A stretch of DNA of 64,000 bases. Source: Nannocystis bainbridge (GTDB lineage: Bacteria; Myxococcota_A; Polyangia; Nannocystales; Nannocystaceae). The notes beneath the pieces are model-generated. The model was not told the origin of the DNA, searched no databases, and was given only the letters and a program-made list of their open reading frames with translations. The stretch covers positions 2,080,001-2,144,000 of the forward strand of contig NZ_JAQNDL010000003.1 of the NCBI RefSeq assembly GCF_028368995.1, in the 5' to 3' direction. Position numbers and translations under genes: made by a program. Positions 32,701 through 56,371 of the stretch are shown here, in pieces. Within the stretch, counting starts at the first letter, position 1, and the number at the start of each line of letters is the position of its first letter.

Positions 32701-33035
32701 TAGCTGCGAACCTCCGCCACCTCGAGGTGGATGTGGCTGGTCTTCTTGAGGATCCGATTGGCGCGGCCCATCGCCCGCGGGCGCCAGCGCTTGAGCGTCG
32801 GGCCCTGGTCGACAGTCACCTTGGTGACGACGAGGTTGTCGACGTTGACGTCGCCGGTGTCTTCGGCGTTGGCGACCGCGGACACGAGCAGCTTGAAGAA
32901 CTGCTTGGCGCCCGACTTGTGCAGGAAACGAAGGTCGTCGATGGCGCGGGCGACCTGCTTGCCACGGATCAGATTGGCGATGATCCGGGCCTTTCGCGGG
33001 GTGATGCGCGCGTGGCTGAGACGTGCGATGGCCAT
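32700..33035 (-). CDS. rplV: 50S ribosomal protein L22
   Basis: ATG 33035; [21 protein letters not shown]. Confidence 0.97.
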   Translation of the reverse strand: MAIARLSHARITPRKARIIANLIRGKQVARAIDDLRFLHKSGAKQFFKLLVSAVANAEDTGDVNVDNLVVTKVTVDQGPTLKRWRPRAMGRANRILKKTSHIHLEVAEVRS

Positions 33036-33048
33036 GGGTACCTCGGGA

Positions 33049-33327
33049 TTACTTCTTGGTGGCCTTGCGGTCGCCGGAGTGACCACGGAAGGTACGGGTC
33101 GGGGCGAACTCGCCGAGCTTGTGCCCGACCATGTTCTCGGTGATGAAGATGGGGATCCACTTGTGACCGTTGTGGACCATCACGTTCGCGCCGACGAACT
33201 GCGGCATGATCGTGGAACGACGCGACCAGGTCTTGACCACGCGCCGGCTGCCCTCCCTGAGGGCGACTTCGATCTTCTCGACCAGGTGAGAGTCCGCGAA
33301 CGGGCCCTTCTTAATGGAGCGTGCCAT
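33049..33327 (-). CDS. rpsS: 30S ribosomal protein S19
   Basis: [23 protein letters not shown]. Confidence 0.98.
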   Translation of the reverse strand: MARSIKKGPFADSHLVEKIEVALREGSRRVVKTWSRRSTIMPQFVGANVMVHNGHKWIPIFITENMVGHKLGEFAPTRTFRGHSGDRKATKK

Positions 33328-33330
33328 GCG

Positions 33331-34155
33331 TTACTTCTTCCTACGGGAGACGATGAAGACGTCGGTGCGCTTGTTGTGCCGCGTGCGGTAGCCCTTCGAC
33401 AGGATGCCCCACGGCGAGCACGGGTGCCGGCCGCCAGAGGTGCGGCCCTCGCCGCCGCCCATCGGGTGGTCGACCGGGTTCATGGTAACGCCGCGGTTGT
33501 GCGGGCGGATGCCGAGCCAGCGGGTGCGGCCGGCCTTGCCGAGGCTGACGCGGCTGTGGTCGCCGTTGCTCAGCGTGCCGACGGTGGCGCGGCACTCGAT
33601 GTGGACGCGACGAACCTCGCCGGAGGGCAGGCGGACCTGCGTCCAGTCGCCCTCGCGCGCCATCAACTGGGCGCCCGAACCGGCGGTGCGGACCAGCTGG
33701 CCACCCTTGCCGATCTTGATCTCGAGGTTGTGGATGATCGTGCCGACCGGGATGTTGCGCAGCGGGAGGCTGTTGCCCGGCTTGATGTCGGCCGCCTGGT
33801 CGCTGATCACCGAGTCGCCGACCTTGAGACCTTCGGGCGCGAGGATGTAGCGCTTCTCGCCGTCAGCGTAGCTGATGAGCGCGATGAAGGTGGTGCGGTT
33901 CGGGTCGTACTCGACCGTCGCAACCTTGCCCGGCACGCCGAACTTGTCGCGCTTGAAGTCGATGACGCGGTACAGCTGCTTGTGACCGCCGCCGCGGAAG
34001 CGCGCGGTCTGACGGCCGTGGTTGTTGCGACCGGTGTGGCGGTCGATCTTCTCGACCAGCGGCCGGTGCGGCTCGCTCGCGGTCACCTGGTCGCGGGTGT
34101 TGACGCTCATGCCGCGTCGGCCCGGGGAGGTCGGCCTGTAGACTTTGATGCCCAT
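33331..34155 (-). CDS. rplB: 50S ribosomal protein L2
   Basis: [24 protein letters not shown]. Confidence 0.98.
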   Translation of the reverse strand: MGIKVYRPTSPGRRGMSVNTRDQVTASEPHRPLVEKIDRHTGRNNHGRQTARFRGGGHKQLYRVIDFKRDKFGVPGKVATVEYDPNRTTFIALISYADGEKRYILAPEGLKVGDSVISDQAADIKPGNSLPLRNIPVGTIIHNLEIKIGKGGQLVRTAGSGAQLMAREGDWTQVRLPSGEVRRVHIECRATVGTLSNGDHSRVSLGKAGRTRWLGIRPHNRGVTMNPVDHPMGGGEGRTSGGRHPCSPWGILSKGYRTRHNKRTDVFIVSRRKK

Positions 34156-34166
34156 GGTGCGCTCCT

Positions 34167-34466
34167 TCAGCCCTTGTCGGCTTGCTCTCCGTAGAGGTCG
34201 ATCGAATCACCGGGGTGAACGGTGACGATCGCCTTCTTCCACGACCGCTGCTTGCCGGTGAACTTGCCGACTCGACGGAGGTCGCCGCGCACGACCATGG
34301 TGCGCACGTCCCGGACGCGGACGCCGAACACCTGCTCGACGGCCTTGCGGATCTCGATCTTGTTCGCGGCCTTGGCGACCTCGAACACGTAGTGGTTGTG
34401 ACGGCCCTGCGCTTCGGTCGACTTCTCGGTCACGACCGGGCGGACGATGATCTGCTGCGGGGTCAT
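34167..34466 (-). CDS. rplW: 50S ribosomal protein L23
   Basis: ATG 34466; [25 protein letters not shown]. Confidence 0.96.
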   Translation of the reverse strand: MTPQQIIVRPVVTEKSTEAQGRHNHYVFEVAKAANKIEIRKAVEQVFGVRVRDVRTMVVRGDLRRVGKFTGKQRSWKKAIVTVHPGDSIDLYGEQADKG

Positions 34467-35116
34467 GCGACCTCCTTCGGGGCGTCGGACTTGGTGCCCG
34501 ACAGACGGGCCTCGACCGCGCGCAGCGAGGTCTCCGAGATCAGCAGCTTGGGGAAGCGCAGGATGTCGTAGACGTTGAGGCCGCGGATGTCGAGGAAGCT
34601 CGCCGCTGCCAGGTTGCGCGTGCTGAGACGCAGGTTCTTGTTGTCGCCGGCGTCGACCACCAGGACCTTCGGCGCGCCGAGAGCGGTCAGCGCGTTGGCG
34701 ATGGTCTTGGTCTTGACGGCCTCGAGCTGCAGGTCGCGGACGACGATCAGGTCGCCCTTCGAGGCCCGCACGGTCAGAGCGGTGCGCAGCGCGCTCGCCA
34801 TGACCTTCTTGTTGACGTGGAAGGCGTAGTTGCGCGGCTTGGGCCCGAACACCTGGCCGCCTCCGCGGAAGATGTTGGAGCGGCGCGAGCCGTGACGGGC
34901 GCCGCCGGTGCCCTTCTGCTTGTGCAGCTTCTTGCCGGTGATGGAGACCTCGGCGCGGGTCTGGGTCGAGTGGGTACCAGCGCGGCGAGCAGCCCGCTGG
35001 TAGCGCACGACCTCCCACAGGAGGTGCTCACGCACGGGGACGGCGAACACCGCGTCAGCGACGTCGATCTCGCCGACCTGAGCGCCCGTGAGGTCTTTGA
35101 CGATGAGCTTGGCCAT
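34463..35116 (-). CDS. rplD: 50S ribosomal protein L4
   Basis: [22 protein letters not shown]. Confidence 0.97.
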   Translation of the reverse strand: MAKLIVKDLTGAQVGEIDVADAVFAVPVREHLLWEVVRYQRAARRAGTHSTQTRAEVSITGKKLHKQKGTGGARHGSRRSNIFRGGGQVFGPKPRNYAFHVNKKVMASALRTALTVRASKGDLIVVRDLQLEAVKTKTIANALTALGAPKVLVVDAGDNKNLRLSTRNLAAASFLDIRGLNVYDILRFPKLLISETSLRAVEARLSGTKSDAPKEVA

Positions 35117-35122
35117 GGTGCC

Positions 35123-35431
<309 letters not shown>

Positions 35432-35474
35432 GGCGATATCCCTTGCGTCTTGGCCGGCGTACTCGAGCGAAGTC

Positions 35475-36674
<1,200 letters not shown>

Positions 36675-36777
36675 GGCTGTGCTTCGCTCGTAGAGGTGTT
36701 GGAGTCTGAGGGGCGGGATCTAGCAGCTAGTCAAGGATTGGAAAAGCCCGATCGCGTCGCCTGAGTGAGAGAAACCG

Positions 36778-38907
<2,130 letters not shown>

Positions 38908-39189
38908 GGCAGGGAGGAAGCCGTTTCGGGAACGAGACGAGGGCCGCTCCGCCGGCCATCCGTCTCCACGCACTCGGGAGGGGTTATGGCAGGCGAGGGG
39001 CCCGGCTCGGGATCTGCTGCGAAGGGACCGGTGGTCCAATCGCGCGGCAGAATCGAGGGTTGTCGCGCTCTTGTCGGCTCAGGTCAGTGGGTCATCGACG
39101 GGTGGCCCGCGAAGGGGCCGGACATCCGGAGCTGAAGGAGAGAGGAGAGACAGATCGAGCGGCCCGCACGGGGCGGGCCGAGGCGCCGA

Positions 39190-39678
39190 CTACCAGCGGT
39201 AGTGGGCGAAGGCCTTGTTGGCCTCGGCCATCTTGTGCGTGTCTTCACGCTTCTTGACGGCGCCGCCGCGGTTCTGGGCCGCGTCGAGCATCTCGTTGGC
39301 GAGGCGCTCGCGCATGGTCTTCTCGGGCCGCGAGCGGGCGAAGCCGATCAGCCAGCGGTACGCCAGGGCCATGCCGCGCTCGGGGCGAACCTCGATCGGG
39401 ACCTGGTAGTTGGAGCCGCCGACACGGCGCGAACGAACCTCGAGGCGCGGGAAGACGTTGGAAATCGCCTTCTCGAACACCTTGACCGGGTCGTCCTTGG
39501 TGCGCTCGGAGATGATGTCGAAGGCGCCGAAGACGATCTTCTCGGCGATCGACTTCTTGCCGGCGCGCATGATGCCGCAGATGAACTTGTGGATGTTCCG
39601 GTTCACGTCCACGGGGTGGTCGGTGTACCGGATGTCGTTCTGCGGGCGCTTCCGCGTGGTGATACCTTTGCGCGACAT
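39190..39678 (-). CDS. rpsG: 30S ribosomal protein S7
   Basis: [27 protein letters not shown]. Confidence 0.98.
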   Translation of the reverse strand: MSRKGITTRKRPQNDIRYTDHPVDVNRNIHKFICGIMRAGKKSIAEKIVFGAFDIISERTKDDPVKVFEKAISNVFPRLEVRSRRVGGSNYQVPIEVRPERGMALAYRWLIGFARSRPEKTMRERLANEMLDAAQNRGGAVKKREDTHKMAEANKAFAHYRW

Positions 39679-39696
39679 GGTCGTCCTTCTAAGTCA

Positions 39697-40068
39697 CTAC
39701 TTGGGCCGCTTGGCGCCGTACTTGGAGCGCCGCTGGCGACGGCCGTTGACGCCGGTGGTGTCGAGGGTGCCGCGCACGACGTGGTAGCGGACGCCGGGGA
39801 GGTCCTTCACGCGACCGCCGCGGATCAGCACCATCGAGTGCTCCTGCAGGTTGTGACCCTCACCCGGGATGTACGTGGTCACTTCCATGCCGTTGGTGAG
39901 GCGGACGCGAGCGACCTTGCGGAGCGCAGAGTTCGGCTTCTTCGGCGTGCAGGTGTACACGCGGACGCACACGCCGCGCTTCTGCGGGCAACCGCGCAGC
40001 GCCGGAGCCGTCGTCTTCTTCTTCTGCAGTTCGCGTCCCTTGCGGACAAGCTGATTGATCGTCGGCAT
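39697..40068 (-). CDS. rpsL: 30S ribosomal protein S12
   Basis: [24 protein letters not shown]. Confidence 0.98.
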   Translation of the reverse strand: MPTINQLVRKGRELQKKKTTAPALRGCPQKRGVCVRVYTCTPKKPNSALRKVARVRLTNGMEVTTYIPGEGHNLQEHSMVLIRGGRVKDLPGVRYHVVRGTLDTTGVNGRRQRRSKYGAKRPK

Positions 40069-40431
40069 GCGCCGTGAAGCCTTTCCAGTATTCGAGCCGG
40101 TGGCTCAGGCCCCGGAGGGCCGAGGGGTTTGGGCAGGTCCGAGCCCGAGAGAACCGGACCTGTTCGCTTTTGCCCCCTGCGGCTGGGGGGCTGTTTATAT
40201 AGGGGGGCGCCAGCCAGATCAAGCATCGCCGCCGGCGGGGCGCGCGGGCCCGGACTGCCGTCCGAACCCCTCAGAGCGAGAGAGAACGGCCTGGAGTGCG
40301 AGTCCAGGCCCGGACCGCGGAGGCGGCCACGCGTGGTGCGTGTGCTGCCGCGGCGGGTGGACGGGAGATCACCTCCCGCCCACCGGAGAGACAGGCGCCG
40401 GCGCATCCTGCGCCAGCCCTGTCGAAGTGCA

Positions 40432-44634
<4,203 letters not shown>

Positions 44635-44667
44635 GGCCGTGTCTCCTTGTTCGCTTTCTCCGGTTGA

Positions 44668-48843
<4,176 letters not shown>

Positions 48844-49120
48844 CGCGGTTCCTCAGGGGGGACGAACTGCCGCGGAGGCAGTGGAGCGGGCCGGCAGGTT
48901 GTCTAAGCGCTAAGCGAGGCAATTGCTCAAGACTTCGGGCCTGGCGGCTCGTGAGCCAGCGAGATCGCGAAGCGGCAAAAAGTACTCGAGATTCGATGTG
49001 AGCCAAGGCTCACGGGGGCGCGAAAATGCGCCAATACAAACGCGACATGTGCACGGCACCCAGGGGGCTTCCCCCCTGGCGCCGTACACGCCGGAGCAGC
49101 TTGGGCGGCGGGCCCTGAGA

Positions 49121-49507
49121 TCACTTGATCTCGACCTCAGCGCCTGCCTCCTTGAGCTGCTTCGCCATCTCCTCGGCCTCGGCCTTGGAGATGCCTTCCT
49201 TGATGTTGGCCGGGGCGCCCTCGACGAGGTCCTTGGCCTCCTTGAGACCGAGGGCCGGGTTGAGCACGCGGACGGCCTTGATGACGTTGATCTTCTTGTC
49301 GCCGAAGCCCTTGAGCACGACCGTGAACTCGGTCTGCTCTTCCTTCTTCTCGGCGGCGGGCGCAGCAGCGGCGGGGCCAGCGGCGGCGACCGGCGCGGCG
49401 GCGGAGACGCCCCACTTGGTCTCGAGCTCCTTGACCAGGTTGGCGATCTCGATGACCGGAAGGTTGCTCAGGTAGTTGATGACTTGGTCGCGGGTGATGT
49501 CGGTCAT
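49121..49507 (-). CDS. rplL: 50S ribosomal protein L7/L12
   Basis: [17 protein letters not shown]. Confidence 0.98.
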   Translation of the reverse strand: MTDITRDQVINYLSNLPVIEIANLVKELETKWGVSAAAPVAAAGPAAAAPAAEKKEEQTEFTVVLKGFGDKKINVIKAVRVLNPALGLKEAKDLVEGAPANIKEGISKAEAEEMAKQLKEAGAEVEIK

Positions 49508-49570
49508 GGTGAATTCCTCGAAGTCTGTCGATGCAAACGGTGACGGGTTGAAGAGGGACGAGCGCCGGCC

Positions 49571-50095
49571 TCAAGCGGCCGCGGCGAGCTGGTCCTTGCG
49601 GGCGTTCAGGAGGTAGAGGAAGCTCTGCGGGCCGGCGTTCAGCACGCGGACGAAGCTCGTCGCCGGGGTGTTGAGCAGGGCCAGGAACTGCGCCTTGAGC
49701 TCGCGCGGCCCAGGCATGTCGGCCAGGCGGCTGACGCCGCTGACGTCGAGCGTCTGGCCGTCGATGATGCCGCCCTTGACCTTGAAGCCCTTGGCGTCCT
49801 TGGCGAAGTTACGCGCCACGCGGGCCGCTGCACCCGGGTCCTCCGGCGAAAACGCGATCCCGGTCATGCCCTTCAGCAGGGCGGCGGCCGGCTCGTGCTT
49901 CGTCCCGGTCACCGCGTAGTGGATGACCGAGTTCTTGTAGACCTGGTAGCGGCAGTTCGCCTCGCGGAACTTGTTGCGGACGTCGCTGGCTTCGGCCACG
50001 GTGATCCCGGTGTAATCGACCAGGATGAACGCGGACACGTCGCTCAGTTCCTCGCGGAGCTTCGCCGATTGTTCGTGTTTGCTCAGGGTGGGCAT
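49571..50095 (-). CDS. rplJ: 50S ribosomal protein L10
   Basis: DYTGITV, VYKN, KVKGG; expected position. Confidence 0.95.
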   Translation of the reverse strand: MPTLSKHEQSAKLREELSDVSAFILVDYTGITVAEASDVRNKFREANCRYQVYKNSVIHYAVTGTKHEPAAALLKGMTGIAFSPEDPGAAARVARNFAKDAKGFKVKGGIIDGQTLDVSGVSRLADMPGPRELKAQFLALLNTPATSFVRVLNAGPQSFLYLLNARKDQLAAAA

Positions 50096-50179
50096 CTGTG
50101 GCTCGTCTCCTCGGCCCTCCGGGTGGAGGACCGCCGAGATGGAGGACGGACGACCCGCCCCCGCTTCCTCTCGTCGCTC

Positions 50180-50250
50180 GCTCCACTCTCGGCAGGCCGC
50201 TTTCGCGTTTACGGTCGGAAGGCCGACCCCCTGCTGTCTTCGAGTGCGTG
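50180..50250 (-). promoter_or_regulatory. L10 leader (ribosomal protein autoregulatory RNA)
   Basis: Minus strand TCGAAGACAGCAGG...CCTGCCGAG, the L10-leader pattern, upstream of rplJ; boundaries approximate. Confidence 0.7.
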
Positions 50251-50327
50251 CGCCCTCGCGGGCGGCTTCTTCACGTCACTACTGCGACAGACTTGGTGAA
50301 CTCCTCGAATGAGAACTCGAGACTCGC

Positions 50328-51029
50328 CTAGCGCTCGAGCAGCGCGGCGACCTCGTTGGTGTCGAGGCGGACCGACGGGCCCATCGTCGACGAGAGCGAG
50401 ATGCTCTTGAAGTACTTGCCCTTGGCCGTCGACGGCTTGAGGCGCTGCAGCGTGTCCAGCAGCGACATGATGTTCTCCCGCAGCTTGTCGGGGCCGAAGG
50501 ACATCTTGCCGACAGGCGCGTGGACGATGCCGGTCTTCTCGGTGCGGAACTCGATGCGACCGGCCTTGATCTCGCGGACCGCCCGGGCGACGTCCATGGT
50601 CACGGTGCCGACCTTGGGGTTGGGCATCAAGTTGCGGGGTCCGAGGATACGACCGAGGCGACCGACGAGGCCCATCATGTCGGGCGTGGCGATCGCGCTG
50701 TCGAAGTCGAGCCAGTTCTCCTTGAGAACGCGATCGACCAGGTCCTCGGCGCCGACGAAATCAGCGCCCGCCTCGCGCGCCTCGTTGGCCCGCTCGCCCT
50801 TGGCGAACACGACCACCCGCAGCGACTTGCCGGTGCCGTGCGGCAGGGCGCACGACGAACGGATCATCTGGTCGGCGTGCTTCGGGTTGACGCCCAGGCG
50901 GGCGGCGACATCGATCGTCTCGTCGAACTTGGTGAACTTCAGCTTCGGCAGCAGTTCAACAGCCTCGGCGAGGGTATAACGCTTGTCGCGGTCGACCAGC
51001 TTGCGGGTCGCCTCGTACTTCTTGCCCAT
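50328..51029 (-). CDS. rplA: 50S ribosomal protein L1
   Basis: [27 protein letters not shown]. Confidence 0.98.
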   Translation of the reverse strand: MGKKYEATRKLVDRDKRYTLAEAVELLPKLKFTKFDETIDVAARLGVNPKHADQMIRSSCALPHGTGKSLRVVVFAKGERANEAREAGADFVGAEDLVDRVLKENWLDFDSAIATPDMMGLVGRLGRILGPRNLMPNPKVGTVTMDVARAVREIKAGRIEFRTEKTGIVHAPVGKMSFGPDKLRENIMSLLDTLQRLKPSTAKGKYFKSISLSSTMGPSVRLDTNEVAALLER

Positions 51030-51149
51030 TGTGTCTTGCCTTTCCGGGGTCCAGGCGGCCTGTTCGGCCTCCCCCGGGGTTGTCCCCGGCCGCGATGGGC
51101 CGGGGCTCCTGCCCGCATGTCCTCAGGGGCAGGAAGGAATTCTCGACGC

Positions 51150-51590
51150 TCAGGCCTCGACCACGTCGATGCCCATCGAGCGCGCCGTGCCGGCGATCGT
51201 GCGGGCGGCGGCGTCGATCGACGCGGCGTTCATGTCCTTGTACTTGTACTCGGCGATCTCGCGGACCTCCGCGGTCGTCAGCTTGCCGATCTTCTGCCGA
51301 TTCGGCACGCCCGAGCCGCCCTCGATCTTCGAGTTGGCCGCTTGCACCTTCTTCAACAACAAGATCGACGCCGGCGGGGTCTTGGTGATGAAGGTGAACG
51401 AACGGTCCGAGTAGACGGTGATGACCACCGGAATCACGAGGCCCTGGTCCTTCGCCGTGCGGGCGTTGAACTGCTTGCAGAACTCCATGATGTTGACGCC
51501 CTTGGAGCCGAGCGCAGGGCCGATCGGGGGCGCGGGGTTCGCCAACCCGGCCTTGATCTGGAGCTTGACGTACGCGGTTACCTTCTTCAT
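51150..51590 (-). CDS. rplK: 50S ribosomal protein L11
   Basis: [28 protein letters not shown]. Confidence 0.98.
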   Translation of the reverse strand: MKKVTAYVKLQIKAGLANPAPPIGPALGSKGVNIMEFCKQFNARTAKDQGLVIPVVITVYSDRSFTFITKTPPASILLLKKVQAANSKIEGGSGVPNRQKIGKLTTAEVREIAEYKYKDMNAASIDAAARTIAGTARSMGIDVVEA

Positions 51591-51714
51591 GGCAGTGCTT
51601 CGTGACGAAAAGGGTGTTCGGTCGGTGCGGCTAGCGCCGACCTTCAGGGACAGTGAGCTTGACGCCGCTCACTGGGCGGGACAGGCGTGCTGGCTTGTCG
51701 CAGATCCGCCGGCG

Positions 51715-52251
51715 TTACACAACCGGCTCGACCTCGGAAAAGTCGACCTCGACGCGCGTGGGGCGGCCGAACAGCGACACCGACAGCCAGATCTTCTGCT
51801 TGTCGTTGTTGATCTCCTCCACCTCGCCGGTGAAGTTGGCGAACGCGCCGCTACGGACACGCACCTGCTGGCCGACCGAATACGTGATGTTCGGCACGAC
51901 CTTCTCGACGGGCGCCTGCTCGTCCGGCGGAGCCTGGCCGAGCATGCGGTTCATCTCGGCCTTGCGCACCGGCTTGGGGTTCTGGCCGCCGAGGAAGCCA
52001 GTCACCTTCGGAGTGTTCTGGACCAGGTGCCAGCTCGCCTTGGTCAGGTCCATGCTGATGAAGATGTAGCCGGGCAGAAGCTTGTTGGTCTTCTGGACGG
52101 TCTTCTTGCCGCTCCGGGTGGTCACCTTCTCCGAGGGGATCAAGATCTCCCCGAACTGCTCCTCGAGCCCGGCATTCTTGATCCGGTCCTCCAGGGCCTT
52201 CTTTACCGAATTCTCGTAGCCCGAGAAGGTGTTGACGACGTACCACTCCAT
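51715..52251 (-). CDS. nusG: Transcription elongation factor NusG
   Basis: WYVVNTFSGYE, PGYIF, TPKVTGF, FGRPT. Confidence 0.97.
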   Translation of the reverse strand: MEWYVVNTFSGYENSVKKALEDRIKNAGLEEQFGEILIPSEKVTTRSGKKTVQKTNKLLPGYIFISMDLTKASWHLVQNTPKVTGFLGGQNPKPVRKAEMNRMLGQAPPDEQAPVEKVVPNITYSVGQQVRVRSGAFANFTGEVEEINNDKQKIWLSVSLFGRPTRVEVDFSEVEPVV

Positions 52252-52272
52252 GGGAATTTGTGCCCCGATCCG

Positions 52273-52701
52273 TCAGAGAGCGTAGAGCCAGTCCGTCACG
52301 TTGGACCAGAACAAGTCCATCATCGCCAGAATGACGGAGCAGACGAGCGTGAGGACGACGACCACCATGGTGGCGACCCGCGTCTCCGCTCTGGTCGGCC
52401 ACGTCACCTGCGAGACCTCGACAGCGACCTCGCTCACGAACGTGAACCAGCGCTTGTTCCGCCAGGCGATGAGGGCGCTGACCAGAGCGACGCCGGTGCC
52501 GAGCGCCGAAGCGATGTTCGGCGCCGGGCGGCCGAGTTGCCGCGGCCAGTACGACCACAGCAACGCCCACATGTCCTCAGTGAGATTGCTGAGGACATAC
52601 GCAAGCAGCAGGAAGCCCAGGAAAAACGCCGCGTGCGCCCACCGACTGGGGTCGAACTCACGGGCGACTACGAGCTTTCTATTGCGCGGCGGGGTCGTCA
52701 T
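52273..52701 (-). CDS. secE: Preprotein translocase SecE (three-TM type)
   Basis: EVSQVTWPTRAET motif; between tRNA-Trp and nusG. Confidence 0.92.
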   Translation of the reverse strand: MTTPPRNRKLVVAREFDPSRWAHAAFFLGFLLLAYVLSNLTEDMWALLWSYWPRQLGRPAPNIASALGTGVALVSALIAWRNKRWFTFVSEVAVEVSQVTWPTRAETRVATMVVVVLTLVCSVILAMMDLFWSNVTDWLYAL

Positions 52702-52747
52702 GGCGGGGGCTCAGAGTGTCCGAAGATCGGCCATCTCTGACAGGAAG

Positions 52748-52820
52748 CAGGGGGTGGGGGACTCGAACCCTCGGCCTGCGGATTTGGAGTCCGCTGCTCT
52801 ACCAACTGAGCTAACCCCCT
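52748..52820 (-). tRNA. tRNA-Trp (CCA)
   Basis: AGGGGGT acceptor stem, GCGGA-CT-CCA-AA-TCCGC anticodon arm, TTCGAGT loop; 3' CCA not encoded. Confidence 0.95.
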
Positions 52821-52837
52821 GTAAGAACCCACTTAAC

Positions 52838-52999
52838 CTACTTGGTCTCCTTGTGATCCGCCTGCTTCCGGCAGTGACGGCAGAACTTCTTGAGGACGAG
52901 CTTCTCGGGCGTCGTCCTCTTGTTCTTGGTCGAGGAGTAGTTGCGCCGCTTGCAGGTCTGGCACTCGAGCTGGATGATGATGCGGTTGCCGGCAGCCAT
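52838..52999 (-). CDS. rpmG: 50S ribosomal protein L33 (zinc-binding type)
   Basis: Manual translation: [53 protein letters not shown]. Confidence 0.96.
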   Translation of the reverse strand: MAAGNRIIIQLECQTCKRRNYSSTKNKRTTPEKLVLKKFCRHCRKQADHKETK

Positions 53000-53146
53000 A
53001 GGAGCCTCAACAGGCGAAGGGGTCCCGTTCTAGCAAGACCCGTTCCGGTTGACAAGTTCGAGCCCGGGACCGACAGATGCCGGCAAACCGGGGAGTTAGG
53101 GCAAAACAAGGCGGGGGTCACGCCCCCCGCCTCGCCATCTCGAGGT

Positions 53147-54346
<1,200 letters not shown>

Positions 54347-54399
54347 GGCTGTGCTTCTCTGGGGGTGACGGGTTCAGTCGTCGAGAGGGATTCTCTGGG

Positions 54400-54472
54400 A
54401 GCCCATGAGCGGATTCGAACCGCTGACCTCATCCTTACCAAGGATGTGCTCTACCAACTGAGCTACATGGGC
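54400..54472 (-). tRNA. tRNA-Thr (GGT)
   Basis: GCCCATG acceptor, ATCC-TT-GGT-AA-GGAT anticodon arm. Confidence 0.95.
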
Positions 54473-54509
54473 ATAATTGTCAGGATTCACTTGCGCGGGT
54501 TGCGCAGAG

Positions 54510-54582
54510 AGCGGGAGACGAGGGTCGAACTCGCGACATTCAGCTTGGAAGGCTGACGCTCTACCAACTGAGCTACTCCCGC
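54510..54582 (-). tRNA. tRNA-Gly (TCC)
   Basis: GCGGGAG acceptor, CAGC-CT-TCC-AA-GCTG anticodon arm. Confidence 0.95.
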
Positions 54583-54591
54583 GGTAGGCAG

Positions 54592-54676
54592 TGGATGGGG
54601 AAGGATTCGAACCTTCGAAGCGCGGTGCGCGGCAGATTTACAGTCTGCTCCCTTTGGCCGACTCGGGCACCCATCC
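54592..54676 (-). tRNA. tRNA-Tyr (GTA)
   Basis: GGATGGG acceptor, GCAGA-CT-GTA-AA-TCTGC, long variable arm. Confidence 0.95.
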
Positions 54677-54731
54677 TCGTGATCTTGAAACAGTCGCTGC
54701 GCGCGTGGCCCGGAGGGCCGTTCGGTTGGAG

Positions 54732-54804
54732 AGCTGACGATGGGACTCGAACCCGCAGCCGCCTGATTACAAATCAGGTGCTCTACCAATTGAGCTACGC
54801 CAGC
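54732..54804 (-). tRNA. tRNA-Thr (TGT)
   Basis: GCTGGCG acceptor, CCTGA-TT-TGT-AA-TCAGG anticodon arm. Confidence 0.95.
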
Positions 54805-55037
54805 GTGATGGTGAGAAATCCCTCCGGGGTCTTCAGGGCGGTAACACCGCCGGTCGAGTGTCGGGCTTAGGCTAACGAAAAGCTTCAGACCCGGTCGGGG
54901 TCCGAAAGTGGACGCGCTGTATAGCCGCGGATCCGGCAGAGTGTCAAGCCACGTGGGGCGCGGGTCCACCCGGACGAGCGACGACGACGAGAGCCCCAGT
55001 TCGCGGCCCTACGCGGCCTGAACCGGCCATGCGGGCG

Positions 55038-56228
55038 TCAGAGCGGCGTCAGCTCCGGCACGAACAGCTTGCGATCGACAGGGCTGGGCTCGCTGCCGGC
55101 GGAGGCGATCTCCCCGGCCGCGATTTCGCGGCGGGCCTCGGGCGCGAGCGGCGGGTGCGGCTTGCCCAGCGTGGTGTCGCCGGCGAGCAGGACGGCCTGC
55201 AGCTCGCTGAGCTTGGCCTCGGTCTGGGCCGTGAACTCGCTCTCGTAGCCGAGCCGCCGGGCGGTCGCCAGGTTCTTCTCGAACACCCAGATCGCCTTGT
55301 TGACGACCGGCCTGAGCTGACCCTTGAGCTCTTCGTAGTAGACCTGGCGCTGCTTGTCGTCGAGCCAGTCGGGCACGGGGGCGTGCATCATGGCGTCGTA
55401 GAACTCCTCGAACAGGCTGCCCAGCTGGTAGCCGGCGGCCGAGACCCAAAACATGTGCTTGGCCTTGATGGTCTCGTTGTAGGCGTCCTGGGCCTTCTCC
55501 AGCAGGGCGAACTTGCGGGCGAAGTCCTCGGTCATCTGCTTCTCGGGCAGGCGGATCGCCACGTCGCGGAAGCGCCGGTGCCACACGGCGGCGCGGTAGA
55601 AGCGGGCCATGCCGACGAAGTAGTAGTTGCTGAAGCGCTCGCTGTTCTGCTCCTGGGAGGCGACGTAGACCTGGTCGGCCTGCAGCAGGAGGGGCTCGGC
55701 CTGGTCGAGCTGGCCGAGCTCGAAGTGGGCATAACCCTGGCGGGCCAGGGCCTCGACCCGCGCGCTCGGCAAGGTGGCGCGGGTGAAGGCCTCGGCGTAG
55801 CTGTCGGCCGACGCCTTCCACTCGCCGAGTTCGGCGTAACAGGCGCCCCGGCGGGCGAACAGGTCGGCGGGGCCGTCGCTGAAGCGGGCCACGTAGGCGT
55901 CGTAGGCCCGGACCGCCGCGGCGCAGTCGTGCAGGAGCTCCTGGGCGCGCGCGAGGCCGAGGTAGGCCTGGCGCACGCCGGTCTCGTCGGGGTCGCCGCC
56001 GAGGTAGCCGGAGAACAGAGCGACGGCCCGCGCCGCGTCGCCGCCGGCGAGCGCGGCCTCGGCGTCGGGCAAGGTGGCCGGGCCCGTGGGCACCGCTGCG
56101 GCCGCCTCGCCGGGCTGGACGGAGAGGGCCGCGTCCTCGGGGGTGACGACGCCGGCGGACTTGCCGGCGCAGGCGACGGGCGCGCTGGCGAGGGCGACGA
56201 GCGCGAGCCGGACGAGCGGGCGAGACAT
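55038..56228 (-). CDS. Tetratricopeptide-repeat lipoprotein
   Basis: Lipobox PVAC; TPR helices (ARRGACYAELGEWKASADSY, ARQGYAHFELGQLDQAE); start uncertain. Confidence 0.8.
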   Translation of the reverse strand: MSRPLVRLALVALASAPVACAGKSAGVVTPEDAALSVQPGEAAAAVPTGPATLPDAEAALAGGDAARAVALFSGYLGGDPDETGVRQAYLGLARAQELLHDCAAAVRAYDAYVARFSDGPADLFARRGACYAELGEWKASADSYAEAFTRATLPSARVEALARQGYAHFELGQLDQAEPLLLQADQVYVASQEQNSERFSNYYFVGMARFYRAAVWHRRFRDVAIRLPEKQMTEDFARKFALLEKAQDAYNETIKAKHMFWVSAAGYQLGSLFEEFYDAMMHAPVPDWLDDKQRQVYYEELKGQLRPVVNKAIWVFEKNLATARRLGYESEFTAQTEAKLSELQAVLLAGDTTLGKPHPPLAPEARREIAAGEIASAGSEPSPVDRKLFVPELTPL

Positions 56229-56371
56229 CGGCGTGAGCATGGCACACGAGGCCGTGGACATCACGGCCTGATTGTGAGTTGTCGCGTCGGAGATCGCTCC
56301 GGACGGGTTCGCGCAGCGACGCCGGAGTCACCCGCAGCCCGGATGCTGCTGCGGGTCGGCGTCGCCAGGGC

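Noticed and set aside
54400-55037. tRNA cluster as an integration site for an island or prophage
   Set aside because: No integrase, duplicated tRNA 3' end or compositional shift nearby
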